A stretch of DNA of 64,000 nt from Candidatus Saccharimonadia bacterium (GTDB taxonomy: Bacteria; Patescibacteriota; Saccharimonadia; UBA4664), in NCBI GenBank assembly GCA_041743505.1, contig JBGTMQ010000019.1:6147-70146 (forward strand), given 5' to 3'. The notes below the pieces were generated by a model, which ran no database searches, had not been told where the DNA came from, and was given only the letters and a program-made list of their open reading frames with translations. The stretch's first letter is position 1. Each line of letters opens with the position of its first letter. Positions 18,637 through 27,219 of the stretch are shown here, in pieces. The position numbers and the translations under genes were made by a program.

Positions 18637-19355
18637 TGTTACTTGAAAGAATATTGTGTAGCGTTAATTGATCTTTTACTCAAAAAGCTTAGTTAACGCT
18701 ACACAAGTAGCGACAAACATGCACCAGGGCACTGGCGAAGCGCGCACTTGCCACCGCCTGCTGCATGAGTAAAAACGGTACTCCAGTCTGGCGGGACCCT
18801 CCGCACCTCCGCCTTCGGGCTGAGGTAAGTGCCGTTGCATATCGTACCTTGCTGAGAGGTGCGGTCAGTGCCTTGCGTGGTGCTGTCATACTCAGCCGGG
18901 CCAGGGGTTAGTCGCCTGTCCCGTTTGCTAAGAGCCGGAAACGACTGCTGTGCCGTGGTGCATTCCCACGGCTGACACTGATTCAGTGTTGCTCGCCCGT
19001 AAGCGGGTTGGAATGCCCATTGGGAACATGTCAGGAGGTAGCTCCTCCGCATGTGAGCCGCCCAAAGGCCTACGCTCAGTCTTAGGCAAACTGAGGCAGC
19101 ACAGCCCATCAAGGGCCTCCCCGCTGCACCAAGAGGGGATACTTCTCGGGTAAGGTTCTAGCGCCATTGCGCACCCTATAGAGCGGAACCGGGACGCAAC
19201 TCGGAACCGTGGGTACTCGCCAAGCCTCCCGCTAAGTCGGGGAACGAGCGATAGATGGCTGCAACTCTGTGTGTCCCGAGGACACAGAAGCTATCGAACA
19301 ATTACCTACGCCTACGGCATCTGCCGCCGGCCGGCCCCTTCGGGGGCCTTTTTTT
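18637..19355 (+). ncRNA. Candidate large highly structured ncRNA (~720 nt)
   Basis: No credible ORF; near-continuous helices with G-U pairs, cUUCGg loops, three loop-mediated pseudoknots; promoter and terminator at the ends. Confidence 0.75.
19333..19355 (+). terminator. Intrinsic terminator
   Basis: GGCCCC-TTCG-GGGGCC-T7. Confidence 0.85.
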
Positions 19356-19396
19356 GTCAAAATCATCGGAGCACTGACCCTGATCGCTTTGCACAA

Positions 19397-19625
19397 CTAC
19401 AAAGTTACCAGCCTCTTTGAGCTGCCTTGTAATAATACCGCCAGTCTTGACGCCACTAAATCGGCTATGAGCTGATGACCTTCATCATTGGGGTGGACAC
19501 TATCCGGCAATAACTCAGATTCTAATTCCGCCTTTGAAAATGGCTCAAATATATCAACAAATTCTAAGTTGTTGTATGAGCAAAAATTACCCAACGTATT
19601 GTCAAATTCTTTAATTCGCGCTATC
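19397..19625 (-). pseudogene. SGNH/GDSL hydrolase C-terminal fragment
   Basis: FVDIF...LLPDSVHPNDEGHQLIA (DxxHP block V); N-terminal blocks absent. Confidence 0.6.
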
Positions 19626-19662
19626 GCAACTAAAATTCAGAGACAAATTCAGGCAGGTACGT

Positions 19663-20241
19663 TTACAGTCTGGCAACTACAACAACGATAAATATTCCTG
19701 CAGCATTCAACAAAAAGGTTACTACGAAAAATTGCCAGCGTCGTATTTTAGATAGCCCCAGCATACTTACTCCAATCTCATCAGGGAGCGGAGAGGCAAT
19801 AATAGCTGCTCCAATCACAGGTAGCGTCCAGGCAAATAGTGGAGTTTTAAAAAGTGTTCTTAGGTAAGGATGATTAATTTTACTAAACAATGGCTGAAGC
19901 TCGTCAAAAACTCTATCTTTCATAAAACGAAAAATAATGTAATCACCCACCATTGCTCCGAGGCCAGCAAGAAGTGCTACTTCAATAGGGTGTAGGCTGT
20001 CGGCGAGATGATATAGGACAACCGCCGCAGGAGCAACCGTAAAAGTAGAAACAAAAAATATTCCTGTAATGAAGGCACCGAGATAGCCCAGGTTACCAAT
20101 CTGGCCAATAATACTATCTACGAAAGGTGTCTGTGCAAGGATGAAAAACAAAACGAGACTTAGCAATAAAAAACATGTATTTTTATATCGCCACCGACGC
20201 CAACGTCTACGCATCTGTTTGTAATGCTTGTGTTTCGGCAT
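19663..20241 (-). CDS. DedA/SNARE-like membrane protein
   Basis: GYLGAFITG..., GAMVGDYIIFRF, IIASPLPDEIG; multiple TM. Confidence 0.75.
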   Translation of the reverse strand: MPKHKHYKQMRRRWRRWRYKNTCFLLLSLVLFFILAQTPFVDSIIGQIGNLGYLGAFITGIFFVSTFTVAPAAVVLYHLADSLHPIEVALLAGLGAMVGDYIIFRFMKDRVFDELQPLFSKINHPYLRTLFKTPLFAWTLPVIGAAIIASPLPDEIGVSMLGLSKIRRWQFFVVTFLLNAAGIFIVVVVARL

Positions 20242-20354
20242 TGTTTATGGAGTATCTCATAATGACGAGAAAAGAACATAATACAGAGGTCATTTCGCTT
20301 ATGCTTGGAGGGCCAGATCAGATTCGAAGTAACAATCACAAAACAAAGTGAAAA

Positions 20355-20391
20355 CCCCGCTGGCTGCGAGGTTCGCTCATAGCTAGCGGGG
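20355..20391 (-). repeat. Hairpin repeat variant A, internally shortened copy 4
   Basis: AAGTGAAAACCCCGCTGGCTGCGAGG shared with copies 1 and 3; stop codon of 20383 lies in the arm. Confidence 0.75.
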
Positions 20392-21174
20392 CGGGTGGTC
20401 GGTCACGACAACAGGTTGAAGCTCAGAATGGCGTTCCATGAGCTCCTCGTACTGGCGATCAAGCCAATCCATCATGCTCTGGTCATGCCATTCCGCAAAC
20501 TCGCGGTCGGCAATGCGCCGGTAAATGGCGTTCTGCCGCTCAACCCATCGCAGGTAACGCCTGTAGCGTCGGCCTCGCGTAGGAATGGGATGACGCGGCC
20601 GCTCGACACCGAAGTGGTCGTACAGGATCACTAGGATGGACGGCACCGGCAACGCGTCTTCGAAATCATGTGGATACTCCTGCCCCTGCCAGAGCATTAC
20701 GCGCTGGAAATGCTGGACCGTACCCGTCGCAAGCCACTCGAAGAGCAGGGTGTCACACTCCGGACAGCGGTTACACTGAGCGCTGATCTGCTTGTACGGG
20801 ATGAAATGACCACAGTGGTCGCACTTGGCCACCAGCGGCAAGTACAGCACGTACTCGTCCGCCCAATTGAGCGGACTGTCAAAGCCGCCATCGTAAGAGT
20901 AGCCGTAGCTGCACAGCTCAGCGATGAGTTCATCCAGCGTCTGCTGGATAGGTGGCAGGTCAGGCCGGAAGTGTTCACTAATCATGATGTGAACATTGTC
21001 GTCCTCCACAGTGCTCCAGCGAACATGCCCAGTCGTAATGCGCAAACCTTTGCGCAGCAAAGCTGCAGCGCGTGCATGCTGCCTACGAGTAGGGCCGCTA
21101 GGACAGCGCAAGCGCTTCAGGGCCTTTTTCGCCTTACGGGGGAGCTTCTTGGTTGGGTCCATTACGAACCTCAC
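20383..21174 (-). CDS. Hypothetical protein with CxxC..CxxC zinc finger (tRNA-proximal module)
   Basis: CDHCG...CPECD; promoter TTGCAA-17-TAATAT 21214-21242 abutting the tRNA CCA. Confidence 0.65.
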   Translation of the reverse strand: MRFVMDPTKKLPRKAKKALKRLRCPSGPTRRQHARAAALLRKGLRITTGHVRWSTVEDDNVHIMISEHFRPDLPPIQQTLDELIAELCSYGYSYDGGFDSPLNWADEYVLYLPLVAKCDHCGHFIPYKQISAQCNRCPECDTLLFEWLATGTVQHFQRVMLWQGQEYPHDFEDALPVPSILVILYDHFGVERPRHPIPTRGRRYRRYLRWVERQNAIYRRIADREFAEWHDQSMMDWLDRQYEELMERHSELQPVVVTDHPPR

Positions 21175-21242
21175 TCTGTCGGTGGGAGATGGATTAGGTA
21201 CGAGACAATAATTATATTAACATAAAACACAAATAATTGCAA

Positions 21243-21318
21243 TGGTGGGCCCGGCTGGACTTGAACCAGCGACCAAGCGGTTATGAGCCGCCTGCTCTAA
21301 CCACTGAGCTACGGGCCC
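21243..21318 (-). tRNA. tRNA-Ile2 (CAU, lysidine-modified)
   Basis: GGGCCCGTAGCTCAGTGGTTAGAGCAGGCGGCTCATAACCGCTTGGTCGCTGGTTCAAGTCCAGCCGGGCCCACCA; ileX-like body. Confidence 0.9.
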
Positions 21319-21351
21319 CTGGACACCTAAGCAGTATACTATACTGTAAAT

Positions 21352-21747
21352 ATGAAACTGCCCGGCCTACCTAAATTCGAGCTCAACCTGGTGAACGTCC
21401 TGAACGTAGCCGGTGCTGCCGCTATCATATATTTGGTCGTGATTCTTGGCCAGACCATTACCAAGAATTACACCTTAAACAAGCAAGTTTCTGACCTGCA
21501 AGAGCAAATCACGCAGCTACAGGACCAAAAAGACACGTTGGCGTATAACATCGAGTACTACAAGACCAAATCGTATCAGGAGCGCGAGGCGCGCGCTAAA
21601 CTCGGTTTGCAGATGCCGGACGAGACCGTCGTCATACTGCCAGCGCCCAAAGTAGCGCCCACCCCGGTTCCCGAATCGCCAACCACCGCCATCAAAAAGA
21701 AGTCCAATTTTGCCCAATGGGTCGATTTTCTGAGCGGTAAAAGCTAG
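21352..21747 (+). CDS. Septum formation initiator (FtsB/DivIC family)
   Basis: TM + coiled coil + EREARAKLGLQMPDETVV. Confidence 0.75.
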   Translation: MKLPGLPKFELNLVNVLNVAGAAAIIYLVVILGQTITKNYTLNKQVSDLQEQITQLQDQKDTLAYNIEYYKTKSYQEREARAKLGLQMPDETVVILPAPKVAPTPVPESPTTAIKKKSNFAQWVDFLSGKS

Positions 21748-22886
21748 GCTCTCGCTTCACGCAGGCTCAATCCAAGGGCGCCTAAAGCCCACCAGGTAGC
21801 CACCAACCACAAAGTCCAACCCAGGATCGGTATGGCAAATATCAGAATAGTCGCAGGAATGCCTATGACAGCAGCCCACACTAGCGAGTCACGAGCTTCT
21901 TGCCAGTCAGTCCGGCCAAGAATCCAGCGGCCGGCCGCAATACCGACAAGTATGCCGCTTACACCCCAGGCAAGCAGCCAAGCGCCGAACGCCAGCAGGG
22001 CCAGTGGTATGCCAACAAGTGTGAAGAGCAGGACAAAAGCTGCCAATGGCACCACAAACATCACCACGACGCCCCAGCCAATACTGGGCCCCGGCCGGTT
22101 AGCCATAATGCCCGTAACCGTGCGGACAGCCCGCGGTAGAAGCCAGATCAGTAACAGCGCAATCACCAGCGAGGCCAGCATCCAGTAAACGGCTCCGGCT
22201 ACCCAACCCAGAAACTCATCTCGCGGTGAGTCCTTCGGCTGCTGCTCCTTGGGCGGCTCGTGGCGGTTTATGTTGCCACCAACCCTGTCGTCACCAACAC
22301 TCGCCGTCTTAGCGCTGGTGTAGTTGAGGTCGCCATTCACCCGGCCGGTCGAGGTCACATTAAGGTTGTCCACGTGCGCGTCCACACTGCCCTCGATCGC
22401 CGCCGCCAGCGTCAGGCTCTCCATAGCACCGTACAAGTCCCGGCCCACCGAACCATTGATGGTACCGACCTGGCTCAGCGTAGCCACCTCGCCGGTAACT
22501 CTCGCGCTGGAACCTAGTGTAAAGGTCTGCGATGCCACAGACACGTTGCGGCCAACGGTACCGTTAATCCCCACGGTCTGCGCGGCCACCCGCACATTCC
22601 CCTCAACCGGGCCGTTAATCGTCACGGTCTGCCCGGCACACAGCACGTCACCGCGCACGCTACCGTTGACGGTTATGGTGTTACCAGCGCACCACACATC
22701 GCCGTCCACATCGCCGTCAATGGTGATATTCTGCCCGGCCGCATACAGCGAGCCGCGGTGCGTTTCGCCCTTGGCTACAGTCACATTATCGCCTGATTTA
22801 AGGCTAAAACCGAGCGCAACGCTCGGCACCAGAACAAGGGCCAGCGCCGCCAACCCCGATGCAACAAACAGATGAAATCGCTTCAT
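21744..22886 (-). CDS. Bactofilin-like (polymer-forming) beta-helix membrane protein
   Basis: Repeated AG..ITI.G.V.GDV units followed by several TMs. Confidence 0.75.
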   Translation of the reverse strand: MKRFHLFVASGLAALALVLVPSVALGFSLKSGDNVTVAKGETHRGSLYAAGQNITIDGDVDGDVWCAGNTITVNGSVRGDVLCAGQTVTINGPVEGNVRVAAQTVGINGTVGRNVSVASQTFTLGSSARVTGEVATLSQVGTINGSVGRDLYGAMESLTLAAAIEGSVDAHVDNLNVTSTGRVNGDLNYTSAKTASVGDDRVGGNINRHEPPKEQQPKDSPRDEFLGWVAGAVYWMLASLVIALLLIWLLPRAVRTVTGIMANRPGPSIGWGVVVMFVVPLAAFVLLFTLVGIPLALLAFGAWLLAWGVSGILVGIAAGRWILGRTDWQEARDSLVWAAVIGIPATILIFAIPILGWTLWLVATWWALGALGLSLREARA

Positions 22887-23027
22887 GTTATCACTCACTA
22901 TTATCACTTATTAGCATACTCCAAGCCTTACCCAAGCTCAAACATAAGCCGGTAGTTTGCTGACAAAGGGCCGGTCCACCTATGAAAACTTGCCATTACG
23001 AATCTAATACTGTATAAGTGTGTCAGC

Positions 23028-23450
23028 ATGAATAAAGCGCTTTCCTCAATCTATCAACACATCGCTCCGGCCCACCGCGCGATTTGGCGCTTTGGCATAT
23101 TGCTATGGCCTGGTTTCTTCTGGAAATATGCTTTGGCATCGGGCAGTTATAAGCCGGAGAGCTTTTTTTCATTTGTCGTGGTGGTTTATCTGGGACTTGA
23201 ACTGGCAAATATTATCCACGAATACCAACGCCCTCGACCGGATAAACTTGGCGTGTCCCAATCTTCCAAAGAATTTATAAAATCATTAATCTGGATTCAC
23301 GGGAGCTTTACGATCGTTTGTCTGGTTATCCAGCGTGATCATCTCCTGACCAGCTTACCTTGGCTAGCACTAATATGGCTTGTCGCAGTAGGAGCTTATT
23401 TCCTCCGCCCCAAGCCAATAACTGACAGCCCAAAATTTGCTATTGCATAG
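23028..23450 (+). CDS. Four-TM hypothetical protein, tandem paralog 1
   Basis: IAPAHRAIWR, EY..PRP..LG, AY.LRPK. Confidence 0.75.
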   Translation: MNKALSSIYQHIAPAHRAIWRFGILLWPGFFWKYALASGSYKPESFFSFVVVVYLGLELANIIHEYQRPRPDKLGVSQSSKEFIKSLIWIHGSFTIVCLVIQRDHLLTSLPWLALIWLVAVGAYFLRPKPITDSPKFAIA

Positions 23451-23471
23451 TAATTAATGTATAATATAATT

Positions 23472-23867
23472 ATGGACCAAACCATTTCTACCGCTTACAA
23501 ATATATCGCTCCGGCCCACCGGGCGATCTGGCGACTAGATATTATTTTCTGGCTTGGCATTATCTTCTGGTACGCCAACAATCCGGGTTACCGTACCCTG
23601 GCGGACGCGCAGGTATATTATTTATTTGTCATCATACTCAGCATTTATCATGTTGTGTCAGAGTATCGGCATCCGCGCCCAAATGAACTGGGGCTCTCTG
23701 CACCAAATGAGGCGAGGTATTGGTTCGCAGGATTTGCCGTTATTATTACAGTGCTTTTGTTGCTTGTTAACGTGATGATGAATAAACAAAGTGATTTGTT
23801 ATGGCTTCTAATGGCATTAGCCGCTACGGGTGTAGCCTACACTATCCGTCCGAAGCCGGTAGCTTGA
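23472..23867 (+). CDS. Four-TM hypothetical protein, tandem paralog 2
   Basis: Same motifs. Confidence 0.75.
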   Translation: MDQTISTAYKYIAPAHRAIWRLDIIFWLGIIFWYANNPGYRTLADAQVYYLFVIILSIYHVVSEYRHPRPNELGLSAPNEARYWFAGFAVIITVLLLLVNVMMNKQSDLLWLLMALAATGVAYTIRPKPVA

Positions 23868-23915
23868 AGTCCTAAATTTGCCTTTACAAAGCTAACACTG
23901 TATAAGTGCATCAGC

Positions 23916-24311
23916 ATGAACCAGACGCTTTCCTCAATTTATCAATACATTGCTCCGGCCCACCGGGCGATCTGGCGCATGCCTATCTTTTTGTGGCTTA
24001 CCTTAATCTTCTGGTATGCGAATAACCCGGATAAATGGACTATTTGGGGCCCCCTGGAATACATTGTCCTTTTTCTCGGCTTTAGTATTTATTATATTGC
24101 CTCAGAATTCCGCCATCCTCGACCAGCCGATCTAGGCTTCTCTGGTGGAAATGAGGCGAAATACTGGTTTATCGGAGTTGCTGTATTAGGCATGGGAGTA
24201 TCGGTCCTTATTAACGGACTCTTGCAAGAGCAAAACGGCTTGCTATGGCTTCTGCTCGCATTAGCTGCCACCGGTGTAGCCTACGCTCTCCGTCCGAAGC
24301 TCAAAACTTGA
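23916..24311 (+). CDS. Four-TM hypothetical protein, tandem paralog 3
   Basis: Same motifs. Confidence 0.75.
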   Translation: MNQTLSSIYQYIAPAHRAIWRMPIFLWLTLIFWYANNPDKWTIWGPLEYIVLFLGFSIYYIASEFRHPRPADLGFSGGNEAKYWFIGVAVLGMGVSVLINGLLQEQNGLLWLLLALAATGVAYALRPKLKT

Positions 24312-24397
24312 CAATCACAGTATAAGCACGTACCATAATATATGCCGGGAAAGCCCGGTGTTTTTTCACATCCATCCGACATCTATTGGGGGCTGAA

Positions 24398-25621
24398 ATG
24401 ATTCAGCGCAGGATTGGCATTAGCATAGCGGCTTTAGTGGCCGCGGTTTTTATGATTGTCCTGGTAGGAAGAAGTTCAGTATTTGCGAATGCTGCTGACA
24501 ACACGCCAGATGTGGAGTCCTTCGACTCTACCTATATCTATAACCAGATCGTTAACCATAAGTTACCGATTCAGGCGGATGACCAGCCCACATACGTCCC
24601 GGGGTGGGGCCGCTACTATACAGGCACTAACGGGCTAGAGCTTCGGTTTAACCGCGCTGGCACCCTAAAAGCCACGCAGCTCAACTTCTTGATCGATAGC
24701 GCTATTATAGGCACAGTCATAGTGCGTGCTTCGGGTGCTGTTACGGCCGGCGGTAGCGTTTCGCTACTAAGCGATGTGGTATTGTCATCCATAACGCCGG
24801 CAAAGCTCAAGGGGGCTGCCGGTATAGCAGCTGCCGCAACGGGAATCATTATTAGCAATGAACTCTTCCAAGATGCTCTCAAAGACGACTGCATCGGAGT
24901 AACCATCCCAAATCGGGATGCGCTTAATCAGATACTCACCCGGGTAGACGCACTGGCACAATTGGGTGTGCTCCTCAAGCTCACTGAGGACCCCAGCCTC
25001 AATGACGTCTGGCGGGCTAACCTGGCAATGCTGAGTATTCCTTATGCCAACGCTGATATCCGGGTCTGGTTCGAGCCGTGTACTCCGGGTGACAAGGCAA
25101 GTGATATTGTGACCACGCCTCCGCCCCCGGTTGCTGACACGCAGCCAGTGGTCAAGGCAGAGCCCATTCCTGCTCCCGTCCAGAAGGCTCAGCCGGTACA
25201 GGCATCGTCAACACCCGCGCCAGCAGCTCCGCCGGCCCCGCCACCCGCTCCGGTGCACAATGAGGCGGTTAGTACGCCAAATGATGTCTGCTGGACGCCA
25301 GGGCCGGACTACAGGACTTATGTGAAGCCCTGGGACCATAGTTATCTGTGGTTTTTCGTTCGGGAGCATGGACCGACCACCCAAATCCAAACCCCTACCT
25401 GGCGGCATTGGACGCAGAACACCGATGGGGAATACCGACTAGAGGGCCAATACAAGGACTCAGGCGGCAACGACATGTGGTCAGAAGGCGACTTCTTCTC
25501 GGCTCCGTTCTGGACCGGCATGGACCAGTCGGAACAAAACAACCAGCTAGAAGCCTATGATCAGCTCAGGAATAGCTGGGGACATCACATGAACGCAATC
25601 AACAACGCTCCTCAATGCTGA
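24398..25621 (+). CDS. Secreted/surface protein with Pro/Ala-rich linker
   Basis: Signal peptide; two domains separated by a P-rich linker. Confidence 0.7.
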   Translation: MIQRRIGISIAALVAAVFMIVLVGRSSVFANAADNTPDVESFDSTYIYNQIVNHKLPIQADDQPTYVPGWGRYYTGTNGLELRFNRAGTLKATQLNFLIDSAIIGTVIVRASGAVTAGGSVSLLSDVVLSSITPAKLKGAAGIAAAATGIIISNELFQDALKDDCIGVTIPNRDALNQILTRVDALAQLGVLLKLTEDPSLNDVWRANLAMLSIPYANADIRVWFEPCTPGDKASDIVTTPPPPVADTQPVVKAEPIPAPVQKAQPVQASSTPAPAAPPAPPPAPVHNEAVSTPNDVCWTPGPDYRTYVKPWDHSYLWFFVREHGPTTQIQTPTWRHWTQNTDGEYRLEGQYKDSGGNDMWSEGDFFSAPFWTGMDQSEQNNQLEAYDQLRNSWGHHMNAINNAPQC

Positions 25622-25728
25622 TGGGCTGGCCGGTGATGAACGAAAGTTCGTTACCGGTCTTTTTAGTTCCTAGCCAGCGCAACATGCCTTGACCAGCGGC
25701 CGAATTCCTGCTAAATTGTTCAGGTTGA

Positions 25729-25803
25729 CGCGGGGTGGAGCAGTGGCAGCTCGTTGGGCTCATAACCCAAAGGTCGTAGGTTCGAATCCTGCCCCCGCTA
25801 CCA
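25729..25803 (+). tRNA. tRNA-fMet (CAU, initiator)
   Basis: CGCGGGGTGGAGCAG..., unpaired C1, three G-C pairs in anticodon stem, CCA end. Confidence 0.92.
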
Positions 25804-25849
25804 AGCAATTATCATCAAAAAGATTAGCCTAACCGCTAATCTTTTTCAT

Positions 25850-26179
25850 CTACAGCTCCGACTGTACAAACTTCATCGATGCCACGGCCAAGTCCGCATA
25901 GCTCGCCTCATGCTCAAACGGCACCACTACCCATTGCTTCATCACCGGGCCTTTCCTGCCATGCATCTCCGGCTGAAACAAATGCGCTCCGGACATTGCC
26001 AGCGCCTGGTCATACGCTGGGCTACCCACCGGCAGCTTAAAGTTAATCCCGTCATCAGCCAGTCCGGCAATCGGTTTCTTGCCCAGCTTCAACACCGGCA
26101 TCCCAAACATATTTGACTTTACAATCCCGGCCTCCGCCATCGAATTAGCCAGCCGGTCATATGCTTCGTGTTCTCTCAT
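25850..26179 (-). CDS. TfoX/Sxy N-terminal-like protein
   Basis: MFGMP.L...K.IAG...FKL...F.P....MKQWVVVP. Confidence 0.65.
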   Translation of the reverse strand: MREHEAYDRLANSMAEAGIVKSNMFGMPVLKLGKKPIAGLADDGINFKLPVGSPAYDQALAMSGAHLFQPEMHGRKGPVMKQWVVVPFEHEASYADLAVASMKFVQSEL

Positions 26180-26240
26180 CTTTTTCCCTTCATTGACGTA
26201 ATTTTACCACCGCCTGCGAGGCTATGGTATTGTGGGAGCC

Positions 26241-26597
26241 ATGATCGGACATTCAAGCATTCAAGTCGGTAATGCGGCCGCCGACTCAACCAAAGGCTGG
26301 TTTATCGGCAGCTTTTTTGATGAATCACTTGGCCTTAGACGTACCAAGGACGTTGAGGTCAAATGGGGAATTCATCCAGCCGGCGAAGAACGGCCGGAGT
26401 GGGTCACCGGTGAAGCCCGCACCACATTAAGCATCCTCGTCTCTGGAAAGTGGGAAATGATATTCCCAGATCAAACCGTAGTGCTCTCCAAGCCGGGTGA
26501 CTTTGTTATGTGGGGTAAAGGAGTTGAGCATAAATGGCGGGCCATTGAAGATACAGTGGTCATGACCGTCCGCTGGCCCTCGATCAAACAGTACTAG
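26241..26597 (+). CDS. Cupin-fold protein
   Basis: GWFIG.F, EVKWGIH, PGDFVMWG.GV.H.W. Confidence 0.7.
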   Translation: MIGHSSIQVGNAAADSTKGWFIGSFFDESLGLRRTKDVEVKWGIHPAGEERPEWVTGEARTTLSILVSGKWEMIFPDQTVVLSKPGDFVMWGKGVEHKWRAIEDTVVMTVRWPSIKQY

Positions 26598-26658
26598 GCT
26601 AGTAAGCTCCGTACCCGGCTGGCGCCCAAAGCGCCGGCCTTTTTGTTATCATAAAACC

Positions 26659-27216
26659 ATGAAACGAGCTATCATCATCCACTGCTGGGGCGGAAATCCA
26701 GGTTATTCCTGGTATCCATGGGCCAAAACTCAATTAGAAAAACACGGCTACCAAGTCACCGTTCCCGAAATGCCCGACACCGGCGCACCCCGGCTCGATA
26801 ATTGGCTGCCACACCTCCAGCAGGTCATAGGCCAGCCGGATGACGAACTGGTCCTCATCGGCCATAGCATCGGTACCGTCACCATCATGCGCTACCTCGA
26901 AACCCTCGGCGATGGGGAGCAGGTGGGCAAGGTCATACTAGTCGGCGGCTACACCGACCAAATCGGCTTCAAAGAGCTCGAAAACTTCTTCGAAGGGCAT
27001 CTCAACTTCGAGCAAATCAAAACCAAGAGCGCCCACGGGTTTGTCGCTATCCAATCGGATAATGACCCTTACGTATCAGCGCAATACGGCCACCGGTTCA
27101 AAGCCGAATTAGGCGCAAAACTCATAATCAAACCTGGTGCCAAACATATGTCCGGCGAGCTCGATGGCGAAAAACCTTACCTGGAGCTTCCAGAAGTTAT
27201 CGCAGAACTTTCCTAA
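26659..27216 (+). CDS. RBBP9/YdeN family alpha/beta hydrolase
   Basis: WYPW, GHSIG, SDNDPYV, terminal His. Confidence 0.85.
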   Translation: MKRAIIIHCWGGNPGYSWYPWAKTQLEKHGYQVTVPEMPDTGAPRLDNWLPHLQQVIGQPDDELVLIGHSIGTVTIMRYLETLGDGEQVGKVILVGGYTDQIGFKELENFFEGHLNFEQIKTKSAHGFVAIQSDNDPYVSAQYGHRFKAELGAKLIIKPGAKHMSGELDGEKPYLELPEVIAELS

Positions 27217-27219
27217 CCT

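Noticed and set aside
18637-19355. Group I/II intron, RNase P, tmRNA or rRNA fragment
   Set aside because: No interrupted host gene, no recognisable group II domain V, no RNase P GAGGAAAGUCC motif, no tRNA-like ends, no rRNA signature seen. Rejected by eye only; needs cmscan.
18689-19475. Short ORFs listed across the ncRNA region
   Set aside because: Overlapping on both strands, no RBS, non-protein-like composition.
10931-20391. Classical integron attC sites
   Set aside because: Some copies show TAAC...GTT, but RYYYAAC/GTTRRRY boxes are not consistently present, the GTT is explained by the U-tract, modules have their own promoters, and no IntI is in the window.
10931-20391. CRISPR array
   Set aside because: Repeats are separated by gene-containing kb-scale segments, not 30-40-nt spacers; no cas genes.
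6893-21242. Prophage
   Set aside because: No integrase, terminase, capsid, tail or replication genes; units are individually terminated.
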